Positions 22,154 through 32,082 of a stretch of DNA of 32,082 nucleotides are shown piece after piece (positions within the stretch are counted from its first letter, which is position 1; each line of letters begins with the position of its first letter). The DNA is taken from contig MU057743.1 of NCBI GenBank assembly GCA_013265495.1, positions 1-32,082 on the forward strand, given 5' to 3'. The notes under the pieces are model-generated. The model worked only from the letters and a program-made list of their open reading frames with translations, had not been told where the DNA came from and ran no database searches. This DNA comes from Vicugna vicugna (taxonomy: Eukaryota). Both the position numbers and the translations under genes were made by a program.

Positions 22154-23969
22154 GGAATAAATCTAACGAAGGAGGTGAAAGAAATATACCCAGAATACTA
22201 TAAACCATTGATGAAGGAAATTAAAGAAGACTTTAAAAAATGAAAAGATATTCCATGCTCTTGGATTGGAAGAATCAATATTGTTAAAATGGTCACACTG
22301 CCCAAGGCAATCTACAGACTTAATGCAATCCCTATCCAATTACCCAGGACATATTTCATAGAACTAGAACAAATCATAGTACAATTTATATGGAACTATC
22401 AAAGACCTAGAATTGCCAAAGCATTACTGAAGAGAAAGAAAGAGGCTGGAGGAATGACTCTCCCAGACTTCAGACAATACTATAGAGCTACAGTCATCAA
22501 GACAGCATGGCATTGGTACCAAAATTGATATATAGACCAATGGAACAGAATAGAGAGCCCAGAAATGAACGCACAAACTTTCGGTCAACTCATCTTCGAT
22601 AAAGGAGGCAAGAGTATTCAATGGAACAAAGACAGTCTCTTCAGCAAATAGTGTTGGGAAAACTGGAAGGCAGCATGTAAAACAATGAAGCTAGAACACT
22701 CCCTTACACCATATACAAAAATCAACTCAAAATGGATTAAAGACTTAAACATAAGACAAGATACAATAAACCTCCTAGAGGAAAACATAGGCAAAACATT
22801 ATCTGACATACATTTCAAAAATTTTCTCCTAGAAGAAATAAAAGCAAGAATAAACAAATGGGATGTAATGAAACTTACAAGCTTCTGCACAGCAAAGGAA
22901 GCCAGAAGTAAAACAAGAAGAAAACCTATGGAATGGGAGAAAATTTTTGCAAGTGAAACCGACAAAGGCTTGATCTCCAGAATATATAAGCAGCTCATAT
23001 GACTCAATAAGAAAAAAATAAACAACCCAATCCAAAAATGGGCAGAAGACCTAAACAAGCAATTCTCCAAGGAAGACATACAAATGATCAAAAAGCACAT
23101 GAAAAATGATCAATATCACTAATTATCAGAGAAATTCAAATCAAAACTACAATGAGGTATCACCTCACACCAGTCAGAAAGGTCATCATTCAATAATCCA
23201 CCAATGACAAATGCTGGAGAGGCTGTGGAGAAAGGGGAACCCTCCTACAGTGCTGGTGGGAATGCAGTTTGGTGCAGCCACTATGGAAAACAGTGTGGAG
23301 ATTCCTCAAAAGACTAGGAATAGACTTACCATATGACCCAGGAATCCCACTCCTGGGCTTGTATCCAGAAAGAAATCTACTTCAGGATGTCACCTGCACC
23401 CCAATGTTCATAGCAGCACTATTTACAATAGCCAAAACATGGAAAGAGCCTAAAATTTTCATCAACAGGTGACTGGATAAAGAAGAATTGGTATATTTAT
23501 ACAATGGAATACTACTCAGCCATAAAGACTGACAACATAATGCCATTTGCAGCAACATGGATGCTCCTGGAGAATATCATTGTAAGTGAAGTAAGCCAGA
23601 AAGAGAAAGAAAAATACCATATGAGATCGCTCATATGTGGAATATAAGAAACAAAAACAAAAACAAAGAAACAGAAACAAATCATAAATACAGGACAGAT
23701 ATAGACTCACAGACAGAGAATACAGTCTTGTGGTTACCAGGGGGGTGGAGGGTGGGAAGGGATAGACTGGAATTTCAAAATTGTAGAATAGGTAAACAAG
23801 ATTATACTGTATAGCACAGGGAAATATACACAAAATGTTATGATAACTCACAGAAAAAAAAAGTGACAATGAGTGTGTATATGTCCATGAATGACTGAAA
23901 AATTGTGCTGAACACTGTTATTTGACACAACATTGTAAAATGATAGTAATTCAATAAGAAATGTTTAAA
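22149..23969 (+). mobile_element. Young L1 3' half (post-RT ORF2 and 3' UTR), sense
   Basis: [29 protein letters not shown] and [13 protein letters not shown] peptides. Ends caataagaaatgtttaaaa. Confidence 0.95.
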
Positions 23970-24268
23970 ACAACACACAACAACAACATAAATACAAAAC
24001 AGAAACAGACTCATAGACAGAATACAAACTTGTGGATTTCAAGTGGTCAGTGGGTGGGAAGGGTCAGACTAGGATTTTGAAATGCAGAATAATAAACAAG
24101 ATTGTACTCTATAGCACAGGGAAAAATATACAAGATATTGTGGTGGCTCATAGTGGAAAAAATATAACAATGATTATATATCTGTGCATGTATGACTGAA
24201 AATTTGTGCTCTACACTAGAATTTGACACAGCATTGTAAAGTTACTATTACTCAATAAAAAAGTGAAA
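23970..24268 (+). mobile_element. Second L1 3' UTR and polyA directly after the first
   Basis: aaatacaaaacagaaacagactcatagac...ttgtgctctacactagaatttgacacagcattgtaaa...caataaaaa. Confidence 0.9.
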
Positions 24269-27200
24269 AGATAAAAAACAACAATTGGTTAATGATGAAA
24301 TCAAATTTAAATTTAAAAAAAAACTTGAGACAAATTAAAATGGAAACACAACCACACAAAATATGGGATGCAGCAAAGGCAGTGCTAACAGGGAAGTTTA
24401 TAACGATAAAGGCCTCCCTCAAAAAAGTACAGACCTCAAATAAACAATCTAACTCACCAGGTAAAAGAACTAGAAAAAGAAGAGCAAAAACACCCAAAAG
24501 TCAGCAGAAGGAAGGAAATAATTAAGATCAGGGAGGAAATAAATTAAATAGAGATTTAAAAAACCATAGAAAAATCAATCTAATCAAAAACTGTTTTTTT
24601 GAAACAGTAAATAAAATCGACAAACCTCTGAACAAACTCACAAAGAAAAAGAGCACAAATAAGCAAAATAAGAAAGGAAAATGGAGAAATTACAATAAAT
24701 AAGATAGAAATACAGAATATCATAAAAGGATATTATGAAAAACTATATGGAATGAAAATGGATAACCTAGACGAGATGGACAAGTTTCTGGAAACACACA
24801 GTCCACCAAGACTGAATCAAGAAGAAACTGACAACTTGAACAAACTGATCACTAGAAATGAAACCGAAATAGCAATAAAAAAGTCCCCTACAAATGAAAG
24901 TCCAGGACCAGACGGCTTCACCATTGAATTCTACCAAACATACAAAGAAGAATTCATACCAGTCCTTCTCAAGGTCTTCCAGAAGACTGAAAGAGACTGA
25001 ATACTCACAAACTCATTCTATGAAGCCACCATTACCCTGGTAACAAAACCAGGCAAAGACACTACCAAAAAAGAGAATTACAGACCAATATCACTGATTA
25101 ACATAGATGCAAAAATCCTTGCCAAAATACTAGCAAATAGAATCCAACAACACATAAAAAATTATTATACATGATGACCAAATGGGGTTCATCTCAGGAA
25201 CACAAGGGTGGTTCAACATATGCAAATTCATCAATGTAATACATCACATCAACAAGAGAAATTACAAAAGCCACATGATCGTCTCAATAGGTGTAGAAAA
25301 AGCTTTTAATAAAATTCAACACCCATTTATGATAAAAACTCTGACCAAAGTGGGTATAGAGGGGACATATCTCAACATCATAAAAACTCTTTATGACAAA
25401 CCTACAGCCAGCATAGCACTCAACAGTGAAAAACTCAAAAGCTTCCCACTAAAATCTGGGACAAGACAAGGCTGCCCACTATCACCACCCCTATTCAACA
25501 TATTCATGGAAGTTCTGGCCACAGTAATCAGACAAGGAATTAAAAGGTATCCAAATTGGAAAAGAAGAGGTAAAAATCTCACTATATGCAGATGCCATGA
25601 TAATATGTATAGAAAACCCTAAAAGGTCTACACAGAACTAATAAAAAAGTTCAGCAATGTAGGAGGTTGCAAGATTAACGTTCAAAAATTAGTAGCATTT
25701 CTTTACACAAATGATGAATCAGCAAAAAAATAAAGTAAAGAAACAATCTCCTTTAAAATAGCACCCAAATTAATAAAATATCTGGGAATAAATCTAACCA
25801 AGGAGGTGAAATAATTATACATGGAAAACTATGAAACAGTGATTAAGGAAATTAAAGAACATTAAAAAAAACAAAAGGAAAGATAGACAATGCTCCTGGA
25901 TTGGAGAATCAATATTGTTAAAATGGCCATACTACCCAAGGTAATCTACAGATTTAGTGCAATCCCTATCAAATTACTCAGGACATATTTCACAGTACTA
26001 GAACAAATCATAATAAAATTTATATGGAACCACAGAAGACCTAGAATTGCCAAAGCATTACTGAAGAAAAAGAAAGAGACTGGAGTAATCTCTCCCAGAC
26101 TTCAGACAATACTATAGAGCTACAGTCATCAAGACAGCGTGGTATTGGTACAAAAATGGATATATAGATCAATGGAACAGAAAAGAGAGCCCAGAAATGA
26201 ACCCACAAACTTTGGGTGAACTAATCTTTGACAAAGGAGGCAAGAATATACAATGGAATAAAGACAGGCTCTTCAGCAAATGGTGTTGGGAAAACTGGAC
26301 AGCAGCATGTAAATCAGTGAAGCTAGAACACTCCCTTACATCATACACAAATATCAACTTAAAATGGATCAAAGACTTAAACATAAGAGGATACAATAAA
26401 CCTCCTGAAAGGAAATATAGGCAAAACATTAACTGACATACATCTCAAATATGCTCTCTTGGGCAGTCTACCCAAGCAATTGAAATAAAAGCAAGAATAA
26501 ACAAATGGGACCTAATGAAACTTACAAGCTCCTGCACAGCAAAGGAATCCATAAGTAAAACAGAAAGGCAACCTACAGAATGGGAGAAAAGTTTTGCAAA
26601 TGAAACTGACAAAGGCTTGATCTCCAGAATATATAAGAAGCTCATATGACTTAATAAGAAAAAAGCAAACAACCCAATCCAAAAATGGGCAAAATACCTA
26701 AACAAACAATTCTCCAAGGAAGACATAAAAATGATTAATAGGCACATGAAAAAATGCTCACTATCACTAATTATCAGAGAAATGCAAATCAAAATTATAA
26801 TGAGGTATCACCTCACACCAGTCAGAATGTCTATCATTCGAAAGTCCACAAATGACAAATGCTGGAGAGGCTGTGGATAAAAGGGAACCCTTCTACACTG
26901 CTGGTGGGAATGCAGCTTGGTGCAGCCACTGTAGAAAACAGTATAGAGATTCCTCAAAAGTCTAGGAATAGACTTACTGTATGACCCAGGAATCCCACTC
27001 CTGGGTTTATATCCAGAAGGAACCCTACTTCAAAATGACACCTGCACCACAATGTTCATAGCAGCACTCTTTACAATGGTCAAGACATGGAAACAGTCTA
27101 AATGTCCATCAACAGGTGACTGAATAAAGAAGATGTGGTATATTTATTGAGTGGAATACTATTTAGCCACAAAAACTGACAATGTAACACCATTTGCAGC

Positions 27201-27626
27201 AACATGGATGTACCTGGAGAATGTCATTGTAAGGAAGCCAGAAAAAGAAAGAAAAATAGCATATGAGATTGCTCGTATGTGGAATCTAAACAAAAACAGA
27301 AAACAAAAAAATAAAAACAACAACAACAAAAGAAAACTTACATACAAAACAGAAACAGACTCACAGACATAGAATACAAACTTGTGGTTGCCAGGGGGAC
27401 AGGGGCTGGGAAAGGACAGACTGGGATTTCAAAATATAGAATAGATAACAAGATTGTACTGTGTAGCTCAGGGAAATATATACAGGACTTTGTGGTGGCT
27501 CACAGCAAAAGAAAATGTGACAATGAATGTATGTATGTTCATGTATAACTGAAAATTGTGCTCTAAACTGGAATTTGACACAACATGGTAAAAAGAATGT
27601 AACTCAATAAAAAAAGTTTAAAAAAA
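24269..27626 (+). mobile_element. 5'-truncated L1, 3.35 kb (element G): ORF2 from the end of EN, 3' UTR and polyA
   Basis: [33 protein letters not shown] and [10 protein letters not shown] peptides. Ends aactcaataaaaaaagtttaaaaaaa. Several frameshifts. Confidence 0.95.
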
Positions 27627-27816
27627 TCAGTATTTAATGTAGTTGTTACTTCCAGAGTGGAAAGTGAGGGGATGAAACTGAACAAAGCACTTCGTGGGTA
27701 ACAGTTATGTTCTTTTTCTTAAACTGGGAGACAGATCATTATGCCTTACAGCTTAAATACATTTTCTACTCTTGTGAATCTACTCAGTATGGAGTAAAAT
27801 TAACTGAAAATATTTA
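27627..27816 (+). mobile_element. Very old L1ME-like 3'-end remnant
   Basis: tagttgttacttc...gttctttttcttaaactggg resembles the L1ME 3' UTR motif. Highly diverged. Confidence 0.45.
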
Positions 27817-27907
27817 GGGGGTAGAGCTCAGCAGTACAGTGCACACTTAGCATGCACAAGGTCCTGGGTTCAATACCCAATAGCTCTATATAAAATAAAA
27901 AGATTTA
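27817..27907 (+). mobile_element. tRNA-derived SINE, short form
   Basis: A-box agctcagcagta, B-box ggttcaatacc, A-rich tail, TSD aaaatattta / aaagtattta. Confidence 0.9.
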
Positions 27908-28334
27908 AAAAGTATTTAAAATGTATATATTTTCAATACATCAATACTATTTAAAAGTTAAATAAACAGAGCCCAAGTAGTTTTGAGCACAGGGAGGTTA
28001 TCCGCAAGATACCCCTACCTTTGCCCTCTACATTTTGTGTAAATTAATTTACATCTTGTGTAAATTAATCTGTGTCAAAGAGAAGGGCATTTGTGGTGTG
28101 AATGTCAATTCCTAAAATGAGCTATAATGAGAACAACTACCATGCAAGAACCTTATAAAAATACTACCTTTTCACTTTGCCACTGTACTTCTGAGATACC
28201 TTTTCCTGGTTGGAACAATATACAAAACAATGGAGATGCCAAAGACAAACTTAGGCAAAAGACATCAATATTCAGCCTTTGGCCCTAAAATTTTTTTTGG
28301 TGAAGAGAGGAGAGTACTTCAAAGACCATCTGCA

Positions 28335-28425
28335 GCTTTCTAGCTAAGAAGCCATACTGGGCACACAACCTCAGAATCCTGTTAAACAGAACAGATAATT
28401 ATGCCTATAGATCAGAGCTGCCGTG
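28335..28425 (+). mobile_element. Possible MIR remnant
   Basis: ctagct...tgggca...cctcag...ctgttaaa...gataattatgccta loosely follows the MIR core. Confidence 0.3.
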
Positions 28426-29263
28426 TAATCTTCTTCCTGCAAAGCCAGGCTGATAGGCTCAGGGTTAGAGAAATCTGATCAGCAGCTCATCTCTGGTACC
28501 CAGAAATGTGGATCTGGCCATCACAGCTGGACAGAGGACAGATGAACAAGAGAAAATGCCTGGCTCAGTGTGGCATCCCTCCGGAGGTCGAGACCACCAA
28601 AAGCAAAGGACTAATCACACAATTCAGAGCAGTGGTGGTGAAATTCAGTGTTCTGGCACCTACGTATTTCCCTTCAGACAGTGCAGCTGGTGTTTTAATT
28701 TTGAAATCAAGCACAAACTAATTCTTTATCAATTTTTTTGCCTTCCTAACACTGTAAGGGCTGTTTGTTTGTTTAAGTAAAACAATAATAAAATATTGCT
28801 CATTTGAGGTTTTGAACATGTATTTCTCCATATATTTTAAGAAGTCATTTGTAAACACAGAAAAGCACCAATTTTACCAGTTTTGCCATTGAAACCCTGA
28901 AGAAATCAGGGCTGCTCTTAGTCCACATCTGTAGGGCGGAGCGAAGCATTCCTCTGGGGGCCAGAAGTTCAAGTATGATCCTCCCTCAAGACGTCCTTTT
29001 TTTTTTCAAATGAAGTATTGTCTTAAGATATTGGAGTGTATCCTAAGGGTAATATTCCTGTCAAAGGCTGGGCTGCATTATTTAAGAAAAACTTTTTTTT
29101 CCATTTCACTTAGTTATTATCCTCAGGACAAAAGGGATGTATCATCCAAAGCAGAAAGTGCTCTGCAATGAGTCTTCTTTTAGTAAACCAATCAGAGATC
29201 CTGAAAATCATTTTATGTCTCGTCAACTTTTCAGCATGGTAACAAGGAATAAAGAGAAGTTAC

Positions 29264-29398
29264 CTCCAGGTACAGTTATTTTGATTAAAATATCCATACA
29301 GAAAGCAAGCAACCCCCATGACTGCTGCCAGTAGGAGCATCTGAGTGTAATAGCCCAGCCAAGCAAGGTAGATTCCAACCTTCTCTCCATAGGATTTC
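29264..29398 (-). CDS. ANO6: 135-nt internal coding exon of an anoctamin-6 (TMEM16F)-like gene covering the first transmembrane region; possibly a duplicated or pseudogenised copy
   Basis: Acceptor tctttctttctgcag| and donor GAG|gtaact. The phase 2-2 open frame reads (R)[44 protein letters not shown](S), against recalled human ANO6 [46 protein letters not shown]. Confidence 0.92.
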
Positions 29399-29469
29399 CT
29401 GCAGAAAGAAAGACGGTAGTTTCATAAGACACATAATCACTCTGTAGCTTCATCCTCATATTAATTTCT

Positions 29470-29605
29470 TTTTTATTTTTCTTTGGTTCTTTTGGAGGGG
29501 CATAATTAGATTTATTTGTTTTTTAAATGAAGGCATTGGGGATTGAAGCCAGGACCTCATGCATGCTAGGCATGCACTCTACCACTGAGCTATACCCTCC
29601 CTCCA
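29470..29605 (-). mobile_element. tRNA-derived SINE with a perfect 14-bp TSD
   Basis: The reverse complement reads ggagggtatagctcagtggtagagtgcatgcctagcatgcatgaggtcctggcttcaatcccca. TSD tcatattaatttct at 29456-29469 and 29606-29619. Confidence 0.95.
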
Positions 29606-29709
29606 TCATATTAATTTCTGATTCTAAATCAAGAGGGCTTTAAGTTTAAACCTCTGACTCAATTCACACTTAAAACTTATGCGTTTTCATAGCAGACCCC
29701 AAATTCTAC

Positions 29710-29764
29710 CTTGAAATAAGAAGTATTTTCTGTATCATCGATGTACTGATCACTGGTTCACCTG
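29710..29764 (-). other. Candidate cryptic exon (55 nt, or 52 nt via NAGNAG)
   Basis: Long polypyrimidine tract ttgtctcctcctttgctctgttctcatttatctctcttcag| and donor AAG|gtagaa. No homology recognised. Confidence 0.3.
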
Positions 29765-31781
29765 CTGAAGAGAGATAAATGAGAACAGAGCAAAGGAGGA
29801 GACAAGGCCAACTCTGGAGCAGATGCAGGGGATCATCATCACTCACTGGAAAGACTGGTACATTCAACAAATCCCCCCAAAGGTCGGTCTTAACAGGTGT
29901 GACACAAGTGAACATCAACTGGCTCAGTCAACTGCTTCTGTTATCTCGGGAACTTCCCTGGAGCAAATGCATCATAAACCACAGATAACAAGAAAATGGC
30001 TGGTAATGATAACATTAGTGCAATGTCTCTCTGACAAAATACTTATAAAACTCACTGTGGGAATGGGAGAGGGCAGGAGAGATGTGACTGAGGAAGGTAC
30101 TGCCCTGTATTCTTTGTATCTAGCATGTCTGTTTTTCCTAGGTTTTATAAACTCTTCAATGTTTCTCAGTTAATTTGGAGTAGATGGAATAGGCCAGGTA
30201 GGCAAGATTAGAAGAAAGGAGACAGGGCATGAAGTGGTGCCAGGCTGGTCCTGAAAGGGAGACAGACACAGACAGGCAGACACAGAAGGTTTAGGGATGA
30301 GGGGGAACAATGAGACGGCTGCTCAGGTGTGTCTTGCTGTTGCTTATACTTTCCTCAACTGGCTCACTGCTGACTCGGCAGTGTTCATTAAAACCTGTGG
30401 ATTTCCTTAGCTCTGAGTTCTCTCTGAGGCTTCCGGCTCAGTCTGGAGCTGGGTTGAGCTCCATGGGCTTAGCCTAGGGGGTAATCAGCTCTGAGAACAG
30501 CCTGGAGTCCTGGAAAACTTCATGCAGGAATATCCTTGGGCTGGACCAGCACTCACAGGGCAGCTGTGAGACCAGCTCCATCGTCAGAGACCTGGGCGTG
30601 GACCATTCCATGGGGAAAAGTTCTGAGCCCGATGCCAAGTCCGAAAGGAGGGACAAAGTGTGTTCATTCTCACGTGACTGGGCTTTGTGGCCTGGATCAC
30701 GGATGGCAGGCTCAGTATGGTGTCTGGCAGAGAAAAGCCTGGCAATGGTTTTGACATGTCTTCGATTCTTTCTTGTTAAGCTTTTTGTAATACATTCTTA
30801 TCAACTATCTGTCCTGAAAATGCCACATTCAAAACTGAATGAATGTTAGAAGTTGCCTGCTCCAACGGCCCAATGGTAAACACACCCTGCTACAGTTAGG
30901 GAGCTGGTCAGCCTCTGTCTGGATATTTACAGTGACGGGGAGTTCACTACTTCCGAAGGTTACATGTCGGCAAGAAGGTGAGAAAGAATTTTTGAAACTT
31001 AAACAGATGTCTGCCTCCTAGTCCTTGCTGAAAGGCTAGGAATAATGAGGATCCCTTCAAATGTAATTTTGTCTGATTGTTATCTCTCTCTGTCAAAAAC
31101 ACCCCAATTCTTAATATCAATTTTTCAAAATTCAGCTTTGATTTCTTTTTATCAAAATTATACCATACATTCATTAAAGAGTCAAACAGTTCTAGAACAA
31201 CGATTGTAAAAAGGAGCAGTTCCCAACAACCGCCCCATTTCCTGGCCAGAATCAACAAACCTACTCAGCTCCTACTGCTGACTCTTGGAATAATGACTCC
31301 CTATGTCTGACTAATATCCTTGTAACACAGCCTACTGACTTTTTCAGCTTTATGTAACACTTATTTGACTTTCTATTTTGGAAAATGAGGATTAAGCTCT
31401 GTTTCAAACCCCATCTCATCTACACACCCAAACCTTCATTATTCCAAATTTTGACACAATTACATTATAATTTTGATCAGCTCAGTATCCTTGCTTTACA
31501 TTATTAGGACTCTGTACAGACTGCTCACAGCTATAGCAATTTGTCTGCTAGGCTTACTTTTTTCTACCCTACTATGTTTTCCTGGAGTTAATAATTGTCT
31601 TGGTGGTTCATAGCTTAGATTCCTGTGCAATTATCTTGTCACACAAGAGGTCACTAGTGGGAAACAACAAAGGCAACACGTGGACCAGGAGCAGGGAACA
31701 GATCAACGTATTTTCCTTAGCAAAACATACTTAAATAGTGGGAAAATTGTTTTGTTTTCTAACACAAACAAACACAAACCC

Positions 31782-31954
31782 NNNNNNNNNNNNNNNNNNN
31801 NNNNNNNNNNNNNNNNNNNNNNNNNNNNNNNNNNNNNNNNNNNNNNNNNNNNNNNNNNNNNNNNNNNNNNNNNNNNNNNNNNNNNNNNNNNNNNNNNNNN
31901 NNNNNNNNNNNNNNNNNNNNNNNNNNNNNNNNNNNNNNNNNNNNNNNNNNNNNN
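31782..31954. other. Assembly gap (173 N)
   Basis: N run. Confidence 1.
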
Positions 31955-31997
31955 TAAAACAATAAGAAGGAAAACATCATATAAATATGAATCTCAA

Positions 31998-32082
31998 GAG
32001 GGATGGGGTACACTCAGTGGAAGAATGTGTGCTCAGCATGCATGAGGTCGTCGATTCAATCTCCAGTACCTCCACTCCATTA
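31998..32082 (+). mobile_element. tRNA-derived SINE, cut by the window end
   Basis: ctcagtggaagaatgtgtgctcagcatgcatgaggtc...ttcaatctccagtacctcca, homologous to the other SINEs. Confidence 0.85.

Noticed and set aside
24269..27626. Potentially active L1
   Set aside because: 5'-truncated, with frameshifts (for example before the YADD motif) and stops. No element in the window has an intact ORF1 and ORF2.
27817..27890. tRNA-like genes (also 2285, 29530-29600, 31998)
   Set aside because: They have A-rich tails, TSDs in two cases and disrupted stems, so they are tRNA-derived SINEs, not tRNA genes.
28500..28526. 27-nt microexon of butyrophilin/TRIM type
   Set aside because: The donor (GG|gtacca) is weak and no Ig or B30.2 exon is nearby. 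Kept only as a possible cryptic acceptor.
29223..29459. 78-aa minus-strand ORF over the ANO6 exon
   Set aside because: Wrong frame. The anoctamin-homologous frame is a different one, bounded by splice sites.
30474..30656. ORF with MEWSTPRSL, reminiscent of REWAHPRSI in the preceding ANO6 exon
   Set aside because: Similarity does not extend to QPLDLIR and there are no fitting splice sites, so it is treated as chance.
30715..31640. Possible L2 tail (ctgaatgaatg near 30836) and HAL1/L1ME-like remnant (31400-31620)
   Set aside because: Too short or degenerate to support without an HMM search.

Overview
Mammalian genomic DNA, most likely camelid. This is inferred from the tRNA-derived SINE type, the cetartiodactyl-style L1 3' ends and the absence of BovB/Bov-tA/PRE-1. 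Bases 1-27,900 are an almost unbroken nested pile of retroelements: two near-full-length degraded + strand LINE-1s, an ancient L1MB-like host carrying a two-LTR ERVL-MaLR provirus (itself interrupted by an ERV1 solo LTR and a ~50-nt L1 tail), and several younger L1s, one with an inversion junction that fits twin priming. None has an intact ORF; nearly all ORFs in the track are L1 fragments or antisense noise. The last ~4 kb is mostly non-repetitive and holds the only host-gene sequence, which the ORF track misses: a 135-nt minus-strand exon with intact splice sites encoding the first transmembrane region of ANO6/TMEM16F. It has substitutions in normally conserved residues and no neighbouring ANO6 exon in the window, so it may be a duplicated, decaying or repurposed ANO6 segment. 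Two cryptic exon candidates flank it and would splice in frame into a 67-aa single-pass peptide (speculative). There are two assembly gaps. Repeat family names come from recalled consensus motifs, not a database search.
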